NCBI RefSeq assembly: GCF_009914755.1
Contig: NC_060929.1
DNA from: the human T2T-CHM13v2.0 reference genome, Homo sapiens
Strand: one strand, 5' to 3'
Length of the DNA: 64,000 nt
Numbering within the stretch: position 1 is the first letter of the stretch; each line of letters starts with the position of its first letter. This document shows positions 17,889 through 33,021 of this stretch, in pieces. Below the pieces are notes generated by a model, which searched no databases, was not told where the DNA came from, and saw only the letters and a list, made by a program, of their open reading frames with translations. A program made the translations under genes and the position numbers.

Positions 17889-20800
17889 TTTTTCCTAATC
17901 TCTATTTCATTTATTTCTGCTCCAATCTTTATTACTTCCTTCCTTTTTAATGTCGGGATTAGTTTGTTCTTTTTCTAATGTTACTTCTTTGAGAAGTAAC
18001 ATTAAGTTGTTTATTTGATATCTTTTTTGATGTAGGCATGTATTGTTATAAACTTACCTCTTAAAACTGCTTTTTCTGTATCTTGTAAGTTTTGGTATGT
18101 TGTATTTCCATTTTGGTTTGTCTCAAGATATTTTTAAATTTCTCTTTTAATTCAATTTGTTGTCCATTCAGGAGCATGTTGTTTAATTTTTATAAATTTG
18201 CGAATTTTCTAAAATTCTTCCTGTTATTGATTTCTAGTTTCATATCATTGTGGCTGGAAAAGATACTTGATATGATTTTAGTCTTCTTAATTTGCTAAGA
18301 CTTGTTTTATGGCCTTTCATTATCTATCCTAGAGAATGTCCAATGTGTACTTCAGAAGAATGTGTATTCTGTTGCTGTTGGATGGAATGTTCTGTATAAG
18401 TCTGGTAGGTCCAATTAGTCTAAGGTGCTATTCAAGTCCAATGTTTTCTTATTAATTTTCTGTCTGGATGATCTACCCATTGTTGAAAGTGGAACATTAA
18501 TATCCCCTACTATTATTGTACTGAATAATATCTATCTCTCCTTTCATATCCTTTAATATTTATTTTATATATTTAGGTGCTCCAATATTGGGTGCAAATA
18601 TATTTACAATTGTTACATCCTCTTGAGGAATTGATCCATTTGTCATTATATACTGTCCTTGTCTCTTTTTACAGTTTTTGACTTAAAGTCTATTTTTTTC
18701 TGATATAAGTATAGCTACCGCTTTCTTTTGGTTTCCATTTAGGTGGAATAATATTTTTCCATGCCTTCACTTTCAGTGTATATGTGTCCTTAAAAATGTG
18801 GTGAGTCCCTTTGAGGCAGCATATAGTTGGGTCATGTTGTTGTTGCTGTTTTCCATTAAGTTACTTCAAGCATTTTTATGGGAGAATTTAATGCATTACA
18901 TTCAAGGACATTATTGATAGGTAAGGACATGTTACTATCATTTTGTGAATTGTTTTCTGGTTGTTTTATAGTTATTTTACTTCCTTCTTCATCTCTTGCT
19001 GTCTTCCTTTATGGTTTGATGGTTTTATGTAGTGGTATGCTTTGAATTCTTTTTTTTCCTTGTGATTCTACTAAAGATTTTTGCTTTATGTTTACCATGA
19101 TACTTACATAGAACATATTATACTTATAACAGACTATTTCAAGCTAATATCAACTTTGATGTCATAATCTACATTTTTACTCCCCTTCCTCACATTTTAC
19201 ATCTTTGATGTCACAATGGACATCATTTTGTAAAGTGTATCCCTTGACAATTTATTTTGGCTACACCTTTTATTAATAGTTTTGTATTTTAACCTTTGTG
19301 CCGAGATAAAATTGCTTTAAACACCATTTTTATGTTCCCAGAGTATTCTCAACATGGCTCTGTATTACTAACATTCAGTTTTGTGCTTTCATTTGTTTTA
19401 TGTCCTTAATTAGCAGCTTTTTGTTTTGGATTAAATAACTCCCTTTAGCAATTCTTGTAAAGCACATCTACTGGTAATGAACTCCTTTAGTTTTTATTCA
19501 TCTGTTAAAGTTTTTATTTCTCCCTCATGTCTGAAAGAGAGCTTCACTATGTAAAGTATTCTTAGTCATCAGTGTTTCTCCTTTAGCACTTTGAATATAA
19601 TATCACACTCTCTCCGGTCTTGCAGGGTTTTTGCTGAGAAATCTGCTGATAGTCATATTGAGACTCCTTTATATGTGATATTGAGACTCCTTTATATATC
19701 TTATCTCTTGCTGATCTCAGGATTCTTTGCCTTTGATTTTTGATATTTTGATTATTACTGGTAGAATTTGTAGACTTCTGCACTTCCTATACCTGAATGT
19801 TGGCATCTATCCCCAAATTGAGGAATTTTTCAGCCATTATTTCCAGAAATATGCTTTCTGGCCCTTTCTCTCTTTTTTCTTCTCTGATACTTCTATTATG
19901 CGAAGGTTTGGTGTCTTGATAGTGTTCAATAATTCCCACAGGCTTTCTTCATTCTTTTGTTTTTCTGCTCCTTTGACTGAATAATTTCAGATGCTTTTTC
20001 TTCAAGCTCATTGATTCTTTTTCTGCTTGGTCAAGTCTGCTGATGAAGCTTTCTAGTGCATTTTTTCAGTTTAGTCACTGTATTCTTCATCTCTAGGATT
20101 TCTAGTTTTGTAAAAAAATTGTTTCTATTTGTTGAACTAGCTTTGTTTGTGTATTGTTTTCCAAATTTCACTTAATTTTCTATCCATATATTCTTGTAGT
20201 TCACTGAATTTCTTTAAGAGGATTATTCTGAATTCATTTTCAGTCATTTTATAGACCTGTATTTCTTAGAAGTGTCATGATTTCTTGATTCCTCACAATC
20301 CTTGTGGTGTTGTCTGTGCATTTAAAGAGAGAGCCTCCTCTTCCAACTTTTACAGGTGTTCTTTGGCAGGGATAGGTCTTCATTATTTATTGTAGTCTGA
20401 AATTCTAAAATGGCAAGCTGGTGACAACCTTAGGCAGGAAGAGTTTGTGTGGGTTCTCTAGGTGGCTGAGTTATTGTCTTTGCTCTGATGTCAGATGGGG
20501 CTACTGGCTGGACTCAGCTGTCCAGTGAGATCACTTGCTGGGCTCTGCTATCAGGCAGAGCTTCTGGCTTGGTACTGTGATGGCGTCTGGTCAGGCTGGT
20601 CACAGGATGTATTTCCTGGCTGGGCAGTTCCATTATTCGGAATCTGCAACTGGGCAGGTCTACAGTGGCCCTGACCTCTGAGGTTAGGCAGAGTTGCTAC
20701 TCCAGAAGGGTGGAACCTGAGGCTATGCTCCTTAGAAATGCATAATTGGGGATTGCCTCTATGTCCAGGCAGAGCCATAGAGTGAACTTTTGACTGAGTC

Positions 20801-21444
20801 AAACTGTTGTTTAATTTCCAAGGTTGAGCAGGTCTAGTCCCTATGCTTCTCTGTAATGTGAAGAAGTTAATATCTCCTTGCCCGAATGGGGTCACCAGGG
20901 GCTTTTTGGCTAAACTGAGCCATTCTGCACTTGCAGGTCAAGCACTTCTAGCCCCTAAGCTTCTCTGAATGGGCTAAGGCAAGCATCTCCTTGCCCAGGT
21001 GAAGTGGTTGGGGTGTCTCAAGAGGCTGATTGTGGAGACTAGTTGTCTAGAGACTCAAGCCAAAGTTAAACTTTTCACTGTGCTTCTGAAAGCAACCAGT
21101 TCAGCTTTGCAGGTGTGCTATGCACTTGCTGGGCTCTCCAATTGGGTGCCACAATTGGTAGGAACACGGAGGTACCACCAAGATCCACACACTGGTCACT
21201 GTGAGCTCCACCTTCATTCTTTGTTTCTACTTGACTTTGAACAGTTTAGCTATGTCATTACCCTCAGTGTATCCCATAAGATGACGAAGGAAACATCTCA
21301 GAATGCTAGGGACACTGGATGACTGCCTCCATTTCTTTTTTCCCACTATAAAAACTGTGGGTCCAGGGGAATCTTCTCTGTCTGGCACTGTGCCAACTTC
21401 AAGGGGGTTGAGGGGGTAGTGACACAGCTGAAGTGAGATTTTTC

Positions 21445-21747
21445 TTTTCTTTTCTTTTCTTTTTTTGAGACAGAGTGTTGCTCTGTCGCCCAGGCTGGAG
21501 TGCAGTGGTGTGATCTCAGCTCACTGCAAGCTCCGCCTCCTGGGTTCACACCATTCTCCTGCCTCAGCTCCCGAGTAGCTGGGACTACAGGTGTCTGCCA
21601 CCATGCCTGGCTAAATTTTTCTATTTTTTAGTAGAGACGGGGTTTCACCATGTTAGCCAGGATGGTCTCGATCTCCTGACCTCATGATCTGCCCACCTCG
21701 GCCTCCCAAAGTGCTGGGATTACAGGCATGAGCCACCGTGCCCGGCC
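21445..21747 (-). mobile_element. AluY
   Basis: AluY diagnostics (gcaagctccgcc, ttagccaggatgg); TSD aagtgaga(t/c)ttttct. Confidence 0.9.
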
Positions 21748-22554
21748 AAAGTGAGACTTTTCTAATTCAGTTATCATTTAATTCCACGGACCACATGGGT
21801 GTCTCAGCCTTGTTTCCAAGTATTGAAATTTTCAGAAAGATGTTATGGTCTGTAGATAGTTGCTCATTGAACTTTCTGTGTCGAGGAGGGTGAGCACAGC
21901 CTGAGACTTCCTATTCTGATACCTTGCTTACCAAACTCTTATCTTTGACTCCTTGTTATTCACATACTCCTGACAGGCTAATTTTCAGAAAATATATTTT
22001 TTTCAAAATCAGCACTGTACAATACCCTTCAGTACTTCTACAATGACTGAAAACTCAAGCTTAGACATCAATCAGATGTTCCAAGGCTGAGGTCTTGCCT
22101 GACTACTTATTGACCTACTATTTTCTTTCTTACATTTTACATCCCCTCTGCTCTACCTAGGATTGTCTTCTCTCTATTCCTAAATATGTTACACTCATTC
22201 TCAGCCAAATATGCTCATTAATGCTAGATCTTTTGCCTAAAATATCCCTCTGTATAAACTGTTTAACCTCCATGAGGTATTTCATATCTATATCAATTAT
22301 TTACTGATTTCTGACTTCCCACAGCACTTATAATTCACGAATGTTATTCTGGGGCTCAAGCACTGCCTTTTTGTTAAATTAGATTATAAGAGTCCAGAAG
22401 AAAGAGGCAATTTCTTTAAATTCTTTCATGTTCCCCACAATGCCTATCAATATATGAAATAAAATTAGGTGTTAATTAAAGACCTAGTAAATTAAATTAC
22501 CATGAAAATATCCTTTGGTCATTGGTCAATAAAATCAATAGTCAGAAAAGCATG

Positions 22555-23150
22555 TTGTCATGGAAATAGGACAGGCTCTGGAGTCATAAAGACATGGGTT
22601 CAAATCCCAGCTCTACAACTTACTACCTGGGGCACTGAAATTGTCTTCCCTTTGCCATAGTTTCCATGGATGTAAAATGAGAATATTTCACAAGATTATT
22701 ATGAGAATTTAATGAAACAGCATATACAACCTTTATATGCTATTTTAGTTTGGGCTTCTATCACAAAGTACCATAAATGTGGTGGCTTGCAAAATAAATT
22801 TATTTCTCACACTTCTTAAGAATGACAAGTCCAAAATAAAGACGCCAGCAGGGTCAGGTTCTGGTGAGGGCTCTCTTCTGGGTTGCACACAGCTAACAAC
22901 TCATTGATCCCTCACATGGTGGAAAGAAGGCAAGAGAGCTCTCTGAGGTCCCTTTTTATAATAGGGTGCTAATGCCATTCATGAGGAGTCTACCTTCATG
23001 ACCTAATTACCTCCCAAAGGCACCGCATCCTAATGTCATAACACTGGGGTTAGGATTTTGGTGGTTGCATATGAATTTTGGGCATATGCAGGCCTTTAGT
23101 CCATTGCATATACCATAGTAAATAATAAGTATTCAATAAATTTTAGTTTT
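22555..23150 (+). mobile_element. MIR split by an MLT1A LTR
   Basis: gctctggagtca...gggttcaaatcccagctct core; tail aagtattcaataaat after the LTR. Confidence 0.6.
22738..23109 (-). mobile_element. MLT1A-like LTR
   Basis: aatttatttctcaca...ttctggtgagggc...gtccattgca antisense MLT1A pattern. Confidence 0.75.
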
Positions 23151-23385
23151 TTACTCAGTACTCATACCTAATTATTATAAAGTAGAGGCAGAAGAGTCAT
23201 CTTAGGCTAGCTGGCTGCTATGGCAGTGACTTGAAGGGTAGAAATTTGATTAAGAAGTCAATATTAGCCTCAGTTCTTCATAGCCAGTACAATAAGGATT
23301 TTTTACAGACCAGCACATAAAATGCCAATTTACAATAGAAGTAAGAATGATTTTTCAGATGAGAACATTCAAATAAGGTGGTTAG

Positions 23386-24080
23386 TGTTATCAGCAGTGA
23401 ATCTGTATGGGTCTGCAGCAACCTCAGTTCTTGCCTCCTCAAAAGAAAGAATTCCATCCAGGGGCATAAGGCAGAATGAGAGACTGAGGCAAGTTTTAGA
23501 GTGGGAGTGAAAGTTTATTAAAAAGTTTAGAACAGGAACCAAAGGAAGTAAAGTACACTTGGAAAAGGGCCAAGCGGATGACTTGATCTCTCAAGTGTGT
23601 GATCTGACTTTCGATATGGGGTCTTGGCATGCTCCCAGGGTTGCATTACTTCTCCCCTGATTCTTCCCTTAGGGTGGGCTGTCCACATGTGCAGTGGCCT
23701 GCTAGCACTTCGGAGGGGCCTCATGCATAGTGTGTCTACCGAAGTTGTACACATGCTCACTTGTGGTATTTTTCCCTTACCAGTATGATTCCTAAAGAAA
23801 GGTCATACACCAGTTAAACGCTACCATTTTGCCTTTTAGTGAGCATGGTTGAGCCCACTTGCCCAACTCCTGAGATCTTACTGGGAAGCTGCTGATTACC
23901 AGTTTCAGGTATTTCTACCTATTGGGAGACTTCCTTTCCCTGGTGCTGGCTGCAACCAATTATTATTTTAGAGAGACATCTTATAGCTGCCTAACCACCA
24001 CATGATGGTCACCTGACATTCCTGGTGGGTGGGATGTGTCTCCTGCCCTGCTCATGTCTGCCTGACTACCTACTGTAACA
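23386..24080 (-). mobile_element. ERV1 solo LTR (MER50-like)
   Basis: tgtta...taaca termini; perfect TSD gttag at 23381-23385 and 24081-24085. Confidence 0.8.
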
Positions 24081-24369
24081 GTTAGTACATTATTTCCCTA
24101 CGGAAAAACTGTATGAAAAGCCAAATTATGATCAGTTTGCTGAACATGAAATCACAACAAGGAAATTTTATTTAGTGATTTTAATGTTATGTGACAATAG
24201 GCTATCATACAACTCCACTAGGGAAGTAATACATGCCAAAGTGAAGGGAAATTTGAAGTCAATGATCATGGCACCCTATGTACTGTACAGTTTTGAAGAT
24301 ACACAGCCAAACTGTTTTTGGACTCTGCTTTTCTGATTCCAGGGTTTGCCACATGTCAGCTACTTTTGA

Positions 24370-24757
24370 GAAAGGGTTTGAATGTGTCCCCAAAGTTCAT
24401 GTGTTAAAAACTTAACCTCCAATGCAACAGCGTTGAGAGACATGACCCTTAAGAGATGATTAGGTCATGAGGACTTTACCCTCTTGAATGGATAAATATC
24501 ATTATTGCAGAAGTGGGTTTGTTATCATGAGAATGGGTTTGTTATAAAAACAAGTTTGGCTTTCTCTTTCTCTTGCATGCTATTCAACATATGATGCCAT
24601 CCACCATGTTATGAGGCAGCAAGGAGGTCCTTACCAGGTGTGACCCCTTAATCTCTGACTTCCTAGCCTCCATAATCTTCAGCCAAATAAACTTCTATTT
24701 TTTAAAAATTACTCAGTCCATGTTATTCAGCTATGGCAGCATAAAATAGACTAAGTC
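24370..24757 (+). mobile_element. MST-family (MSTD-like) LTR
   Basis: gtttgaatgtgtccccaaagttcatgtgtt...aaatagactaag. Confidence 0.7.
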
Positions 24758-24859
24758 TCCATTAGTAATGCCCTTAATCACTGTCTACTTTTCTCTTGCT
24801 GCTTTGTGCCCTGAGATGCTAATTCCTGCAGATCACATTGTCTAGGCTCCCTTGCTTTT

Positions 24860-25603
<744 letters not shown>

Positions 25604-25639
25604 CCAGTGCAATAAAGCACCTGCAGTAGTGGCTCAGAG

Positions 25640-28600
25640 ATTTTTCCCAGTGAAAGAGGTAGTCCATAAGAATGCAGAGCTCGGAGGCTCTCCTCAAAGG
25701 AACTGGCTTTATTAAAACAGAGTATGGGAAAGTTCAAGCCTAGGGACACTCTTGAAAACAATGAGGATTTTGATAGTAAGCAATTAAGAGGAGGTTGCTT
25801 AGTTCCATGAAAGAGACAAGCTAAACTTTAGGCCATCCAGTTTACCAGAAGGAACAAGGGAGAGGGACAGCTAAAGAACTCAAAAACTAGTCTCAAAAAC
25901 TATACTTCAAAAATGTAAATGGTTCTGACTGTGGAACAATCTATGCCCTAGTATATTATTGAAAACAATAGAATAATATGACTAAAATCAGTGAAGCCTA
26001 ATACCTGGGTATGATATAATATGAGGCACACAGCTTAACAGAGAGATAAGGAAAAGAGACAATCAAAGGGAGCCCATTAAAACCACTCTCATTACAAGGT
26101 TACTATGCCCATGCCCAAGGTTGTGCCCTTTGACAACCATCATCAGAAGTTTCACCCTGCAGGGAAAATGGACTTCACTGAAATCGCCTGGCAAAATTAC
26201 TAAACAAAACAATAATAACAAAAGTAGACCTGTAGAAAAGGAAGGAGAATCATGTTCTGGGTTGCTGCAGCATATTACTTAAAATATGCACTTTCAATGA
26301 AAAATGGAGACATTCAAAGAAATAGAAAAGTGTGATCTATACACAGAAAATAAAGCAAGTTAAAAAAATTCTGTAAGAGGGCCAGATGTTGGATTTAAGA
26401 AAGACTTCAAGGCAACCATTATAAATATAAAATTTACTAAAGGAAACCATGCTTGAAGAAATATGAAGTTATGATGACATCTCATTAAATAGAGAATATT
26501 TCAAAAAAGATATGAAGTATATGAATAATCAAATAGAAATCATGAAATTGAAGGTACAACAACTGTTTTGAGAAATTCCTTAGAGAAGTTCAATAGCAGA
26601 TTTGAACAGGCAAATTAAAGAATTTGTGGAGATGGAGCAATAGAGATGATGCAATCTGAAGAACAGAAAGGAAAGAAGAATGAAAAGAAATTAACAGAGC
26701 TTCTGATAAATGTGGGGCACCATTAAGCATACCAACGTACATATATGAGAGATCCAGAAGGAGAAGAGAGAGAAAAAGGAACAGAATATTCAATGAAATA
26801 ATGGCTGAAAACTTCCCAGATTTCTTGAGAAATATTATTTATCCATCCAAGAACCTCAGCAAACTCCAACAGGATAAAATCAAAAAAATCCACACCCAGA
26901 CACATCATAATGAAACTGTCGAAAGGCAAAGCCAACGAATCATGAAGAAACAAGTTGAGAAAGGACTCATGACGTAGGTTACCTTAATAACAGCTGACTT
27001 ATCACAAACAGTGGAAATCAGAGGGCAGTGACATAATATATTCAATGTGCTGAATAAAGACAAAATAAAGACATTTCCAGATAAGCAAAAACTGAGAGAA
27101 TTCAATGTTATCAGATCCACCTTTCAAGAAATACATTTTTACAAAGTTCTCTAGGCTAAAAGTAAGTGATCCCAGATGGTAATTTGAATTTGCATGAATA
27201 AACAAAGAATACCAATAAAAATAATAATATAATTATGAAAGAAAGTGTGAATGGACAGTTTTACCCCTTTCTTTTAAATAATTTAAAAAGCAATTTTATA
27301 AACTAATAGGTATGTTGTGGGTCTTTAACACAGAGATTTACAATTTGTGACAATAACAGTATAGAGGAGGAGGTAGGTGGGAGCAAAGTTTTATTGAAAT
27401 AAGGAAATGACACCAGATAGTAATTTAAATTCACAGGAACAAATGAAAAGAATTACAAATGATAAATCAAAAGATTAACATAACACACTCCATAATTATA
27501 TACTGTATCCCCTTTTTTCCTCAGCTTCTTTGAGACACTTACTTAAAGTAATTATAAGGAAGTATTATAGGGATTATAATATATGTAGATGTAATATACA
27601 TCACAAAATAGCACTAAAAGGAGAAAAGGGACTGGAGCTAATCAGAAGCAATGTTTTTATATGTTACTGGAATTAACAGTATAAATCTGAAATAGATTCA
27701 AGGTTGTGTATTACAAACTTTAGAGAAATCATTTAAAAATCTCAAAAATACAGTAAAGAAGATAATTTGAAAAATTAAAATGTTACACTAGAAATATTTA
27801 ATGCAAGGAAAATAATACAGAAGGAATAGAAGAACAAAAAAGACATTAGACATATAAAAAACAAAAAGTAATGTGTCAGACATATAACTATATATTGATT
27901 ATGTAAATATATAATAGCATTCAATATGAACAGACAAAATATTCCAATCAAAATGCAGAGATTATCAGACTGGATAAGTAAATCACTTCCAATTATATGT
28001 CATCTATAGAAGACCCACTTTAAGTAAAAGTTACAAATAGGTTGAAAGTAAAAGGATTGAAAACATCAAGCAAACAGCAACCACAAGAAACCAGGAGTGT
28101 CTATACTAGTATCAGAAGAAACAGACTTTAAAACAAACAAAAAACAAGTTACTAAAGAGAGAGGGGAACATTTTATAGTGATAAAAGGATAATGACAAAA
28201 GGGTCAATCTATCAAGGATAAATAACAATTATAAATATATATGACCCAATATGCACCATAAATGTACCACAGAGCCCTAAAATACATGAAGCAAAACCAG
28301 AGAAAAAATGGAAAGAAGAAGTAAAAATTTCAATAATAGTAGCGGGGTATTTTAAAACCCTACTTTTAATAATGGATAGAATAACTAGACAGATAAGCAA
28401 CAAAAAAATAGAAGACTAGAATGACAGTATATATCAACTAGACCTAACAGACATCTATAAAACATTCTACCCAACTATAATAAACACATGCAACATTCTC
28501 TACAATAGGCCATACACTAGTCTGTAACACAAGGCTTAATATATGTAAAAGGATGAAAAGAATTGAAATCATACAAAGTATGTTCTCCAGCCACAAAGGG

Positions 28601-29077
28601 TGAAATTAGAAAACAATAACAAAGAAATTTGAGAAATTCACAAATATGTGGAAATTAAACAACACACTTCTAAATAACCAGTAAGTCAAAAAAGAAATCA
28701 CAATAGAGTTAAAGAAGGCTGTCACTCAGTCATAAGATTCTATTTATATGAAATAGAATAGAATAGAATAGAATATATGAAATATAATAGAAATAGAATA
28801 GAATATATGAAATGTCCAGAATAGCAAAATCTATAAAGATAGAAACAGATTAATGGTTGCTTCAGGGGTAATAAGGGTATTTGTGGGGAAGTGGGGGCTG
28901 CTGATAATGAGTATGAGCTTTCTTTCAGGGGTGACGCCAATGTTTAGAAAACATTGTAGTGGAACATGCATGCATGGTTGTACAACTCTGAATACAGTAA
29001 ATACCATTGTATTGTTGACTTTAAATGGGTGAATTGTATGGTAATCAAATTATGTTTCAATAAAGTTTTATTTTAAG
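25640..29077 (+). mobile_element. Old L1M (5' region, ORF1, EN) joined to an L1M 3' end
   Basis: Degenerate ORF1/EN homology at 26400-28700; 3' end aataaagtttt near 29060; (ATAGA)n patch at 28750-28810. Confidence 0.65.
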
Positions 29078-29105
29078 ATATCAGGTAATCTCTTGCCGAT
29101 TCTGT

Positions 29106-29319
29106 TAGTGGATTTTCAAGTCATAGTTTGTCAAATTCTAGGGTTCTATAAGGGTTAGCATGAAGAAAAAGGAAGAGGATAGATAAGTAAGATTCCTGAC
29201 TCCCACTTTCCATTTCAGAGGAACTCTGCTTTTACTCATTTTATGTATTGGTATTCTAGATAAGATTTTGTTTGTTTTTAAAGTATCTAATTGCTTTAAA
29301 AAAGTTTGACATCCACTGG
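29106..29319. mobile_element. hAT-Charlie MITE (MER103-like)
   Basis: tagtggattttcaa...aagtttgacatccactg imperfect terminal inverted repeats. Confidence 0.4.
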
Positions 29320-29652
29320 CTTATAGGCTAAATTTCAAACCTTGAGTATGATACATAAAATCTTTTACTATCTGTCTCAACTTAATATTACAGTCTCATT
29401 TGTTTCCACTTCTTCCTTGTGACTTCAGCGATGCCAAACTACTCACTGACATTAGCTGAGATCTAGATTCTCTTCTCTTTCTGATGTCTGAACAAAATCA
29501 GGGTTTTGTTAGTGTACAAAACCAGGACATCAGAGGGAAGTGGAGATTGCCTTTCGGGGTAAGCAACAAGCAGTACTTGACACAACATGTAAACAAACAA
29601 ACAAAAAAGAATGGGATAGAAAGTTAAAATTACACATACACACAAACACACA

Positions 29653-30301
29653 CAATCAATTCTTGTTATTCATGGTAATTGTGTTCTATAAAATCATCAT
29701 GAACACTGAATTAGCAAATATTAAACTATTGCTCCTTGGGAAAATAAAAGGCTAGGCTCTTGCAAGCTTCTGGTCACATTTTCACCCATCAATCAATATG
29801 CAATCTTGTTTCACATGTGTTTCTGTTTAAAGATATCTTGTTTAATACATATTTTCAATTCATTAACATTGAACTCACAGCTGACAAGACTATAACTCAT
29901 GCCTAAACAAAACTTGTCTAATGCTCATATTTTCTCCATAAGGCACATTGCAGCCTTTTTGCACTAAGGAACACTAGATAACACTTCAGCCCAGTGCTTG
30001 GGAGTCTTTTAAGCAGTGAAATCACTAACAAAATAGCACAAAAACATAAAAAAACATGGCATTAAATAGACTTGAAAAGCACATTTGTTTACAGATGAGA
30101 GCTGAAGCAAGAATGCACAGTATCACCTTATTCAGCTTCAGCTGGTGACATGCACATAGGGTGACTCAAAATTTTCACTGTTCTGTGCATGTTCACAATG
30201 ACTAAGAAAACACTTTAAGTATTGACTATGAGGTTACTAATAAGTTTTAGCTAATAGGTGAATTTGCAAATATGAAATCCATGAATAATGAGGATCAACT
30301 G
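29653..30301. mobile_element. TcMar-Tigger MITE (MER82-like)
   Basis: TIRs caatcaattcttgttattcatgg / ccatgaataatgaggatcaactg, followed by TA; about 650 bp. Confidence 0.8.
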
Positions 30302-30344
30302 TAAATTTTTCTTGCTTCCTTTTTAAACCACATTTATTTCCTCA

Positions 30345-30771
30345 ATAGATTATGGCATTGACTACCACACCACTTTCCTGCTTCTTGCAATAGCATGAAT
30401 ACGTTTCCAGATTTTCTTGGAGTTGGGCATGGTTTTGTGATTGGCTTTTTGCCAAAGGAATGGACTTAGAGGTAACGTGCACCCTTTCCAGACCTGATGC
30501 ATAAAGCCCTCCCACATAAGAGCCTCTGTGCTGTTTCCCCCTTTTCACTGCCTAGGATGAAGACAAGCCACAGGGAAATCTTGGGAGAGTCCTATGTTGA
30601 ATTTGCCAGAGCCCTAGTATGGAAGAAACCATAGAAAAGAAACCATTATCCCTAAACCATCATCATTTGGAGGTGAGATGCCCAACATGAGGAAGAAATA
30701 CATTTTTGTGTTGAACCATTGAGACTTGGAGATTTATTTGTAAATAGCAGCTAGAGCTACCTAAATAATAC
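30345..30771 (+). mobile_element. MLT1J/I-like LTR
   Basis: gccaaaggaatg...gatttatttgtaaatagcagc...aataca. Confidence 0.55.
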
Positions 30772-31539
30772 ACTAAACAACTACCATTCCAGTTGGTATA
30801 AAAGGGCATCTATCATACTTTGGATATATCTCTACTGCCTAATTCTCTGGAGGATGTACCTTAATTTTCTGATGGGGTATCATTTTACTCACCTATCTCT
30901 GGTCAGCTTTAGCATCAAGGTCAAAATAATAACAAAGAAGGCTGGGTTACTGACTACACAGTCAACATGTTCCTCCATGCAAAGATTCATAGTGTTGTTA
31001 ATTACTTTCTAAATTGCACTAGAAAACTTAGTTTCTGGATTATTTTATTAATTCATAGGAATGTATGGAACTGTTAGGGATATATGGTTATTTCTCTATC
31101 TGTTACAGTAGATAGATAGTTTGGCCTGAAAGAGACTCCACAGGGAAACCCAAGCTGAGTTCAATAGGTCAAGCTACATCAAATACACGTAAACCCAGGA
31201 AGTGAAGGGAGAAGTTACACATTTTAACTCTCATAACATTTCCGGAATGTCCTTAGCTTCTGGCTTGGTATTCTCCTTTTACTTAATCTCCTCTCTCTTT
31301 CAGCATTCTCTTCACAGAAAGTGTAATTTAAGAACCTGTTGGAAACTAGCAAATTAAAATAGCTCCAAAAATGTTTTTTCCCCTGCAAGGATAGCACTTT
31401 AGGGGAAAGAATTAAAGTTACCCTGAAGGCTTCCCTCATGGGAGTGCTCTGCGTTCCAGACTAGTTACTCAACCTTTGGTCATGGACTGAGAGCCTCCCT
31501 GTCTCTTGGCCAGCTTTCAGCTCTCAGGACAGTTTTTCT

Positions 31540-32010
31540 GCATCCACAAACATTTACTGAGAAATTGTGTTTCAAGCCCCGTCTTAGGTACTACACTGAG
31601 AATTCAAAGATGACAAAATCTCTCTGTTCTGAAGAACTAGATACCTGAATAATATATTAGACAATGCAATAAGTACTAAAATAGAAATGTGTACAGAATT
31701 CTATCAGAGCAGAGAAGACAGAGTGATAAATTCTGTGCAGGTGAGAGCAGTGAAATAAGGGTAGGTAAGGCTCCACAGTGAAGGAGACATTTAAGCCAGC
31801 CCCTAGGGTTTATGGGATTTTGACATGCAGAAGCAGGAGAAGGGTTCTGAGTGGAGGCTGTAGTCTCTACAAAGGCCCTAGAGATATGAAAAAACAAATC
31901 CACCATAATGTGCTCAAGGAATAGTGAGAGGAGTTCAGAATAACTGGAGTATAGTAGGAGGCATGAAGGGGAAAACTAGAGATAAAATTTTAAAAGGTAG
32001 AAATGAGTCT
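31540..32010 (-). mobile_element. L2 fragment
   Basis: acaaacatttactgag antisense L2 3' end followed by a purine-rich L2 body. Confidence 0.55.
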
Positions 32011-32649
32011 GCCAAAAAGCCCTTTGACATAACTTGTACAGTGGCGAGTGGGGAGGACGGGATGCAATTTATCATCCCTTACTGCTTTTTGAGGAGGATG
32101 GAATCAGTAATTTAAAGGGTCTTATGTTTTTTCCTAAATAAGGTGATGAGTGTGGGTATGCATGTTTAGTATATCTGGTCTATTACAAGATATATAAGAA
32201 AGTTGATATAGGTACGGGACATAGAAGCTGGGAAGATTTAGGGCCTTCATGCTGGAAAAGTTTTTTTTTAAGTCTTCAAATGGCCACACAGTTGAAAGAA
32301 GACTTTGGAAGAGAATGAAAATGTGTGATGAAGATTTATTGAGCCGTTTGCTGTATGGTGAATGTTGTCTGCCACTCCTATGAAATTGTAGATCACTTCT
32401 AGATTGCTTGTTAATGTGGTGGTATGATGGGATTATTTACTGAAGAAATCAAAGAGGTGCTCAGTTCATCTATTGTTCAAGTTTGATACTGGATGAAAAC
32501 AGAAGCCGTTCACATGGAAATTACATATTTAGGCCAAATTTTATGTTGATCCTGCAAGCAACCAGAACCACTGATTTTACGTGGCTACGTAATATTACAT
32601 TGGATTTTTAGGCCTAATAACTCTGCATTAAAGCACGTTAACAAGTGAT

Positions 32650-33020
32650 GGTATAGCAGAGATTATAAAATGCTCATCAACATTCACAACTTTTTTCTTA
32701 TCCTCATAGCTAAAGCTACATTTTCCAGACTTCCTTGCATGTACATGTCATCATATGATTGAATTCAAACCAATGAAATGTCAGCAGAATTGAGGATACC
32801 ACTATCCAGTCTAGTCTATTAAAAACATCTTTTACTCTCTTCCATGCTCTTTCTCTTTTATAGCTGGCTGGGATGGAGAAGATCCACAATGCCACGCTGG
32901 AAGCTAAATGTAAAAAACAAAAGCCTCCATCAATGTGGGCCCCTGAATGACTGTATGGAAGGGGGCTCCCCACCTACCTATTTATAATAGTGTGGCAATG
33001 TGATCAAGAAGTAAATTTGT
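32650..33020 (+). mobile_element. MLT1J-like LTR
   Basis: ctacattttccagacttccttgca...ccctgaatgactgtatgga. Confidence 0.55.
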
Positions 33021-33021
33021 A

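Noticed and set aside
19655-19697. 20-bp direct repeat (period 23)
   Set aside because: Simple local tandem duplication inside an old L1, not an array
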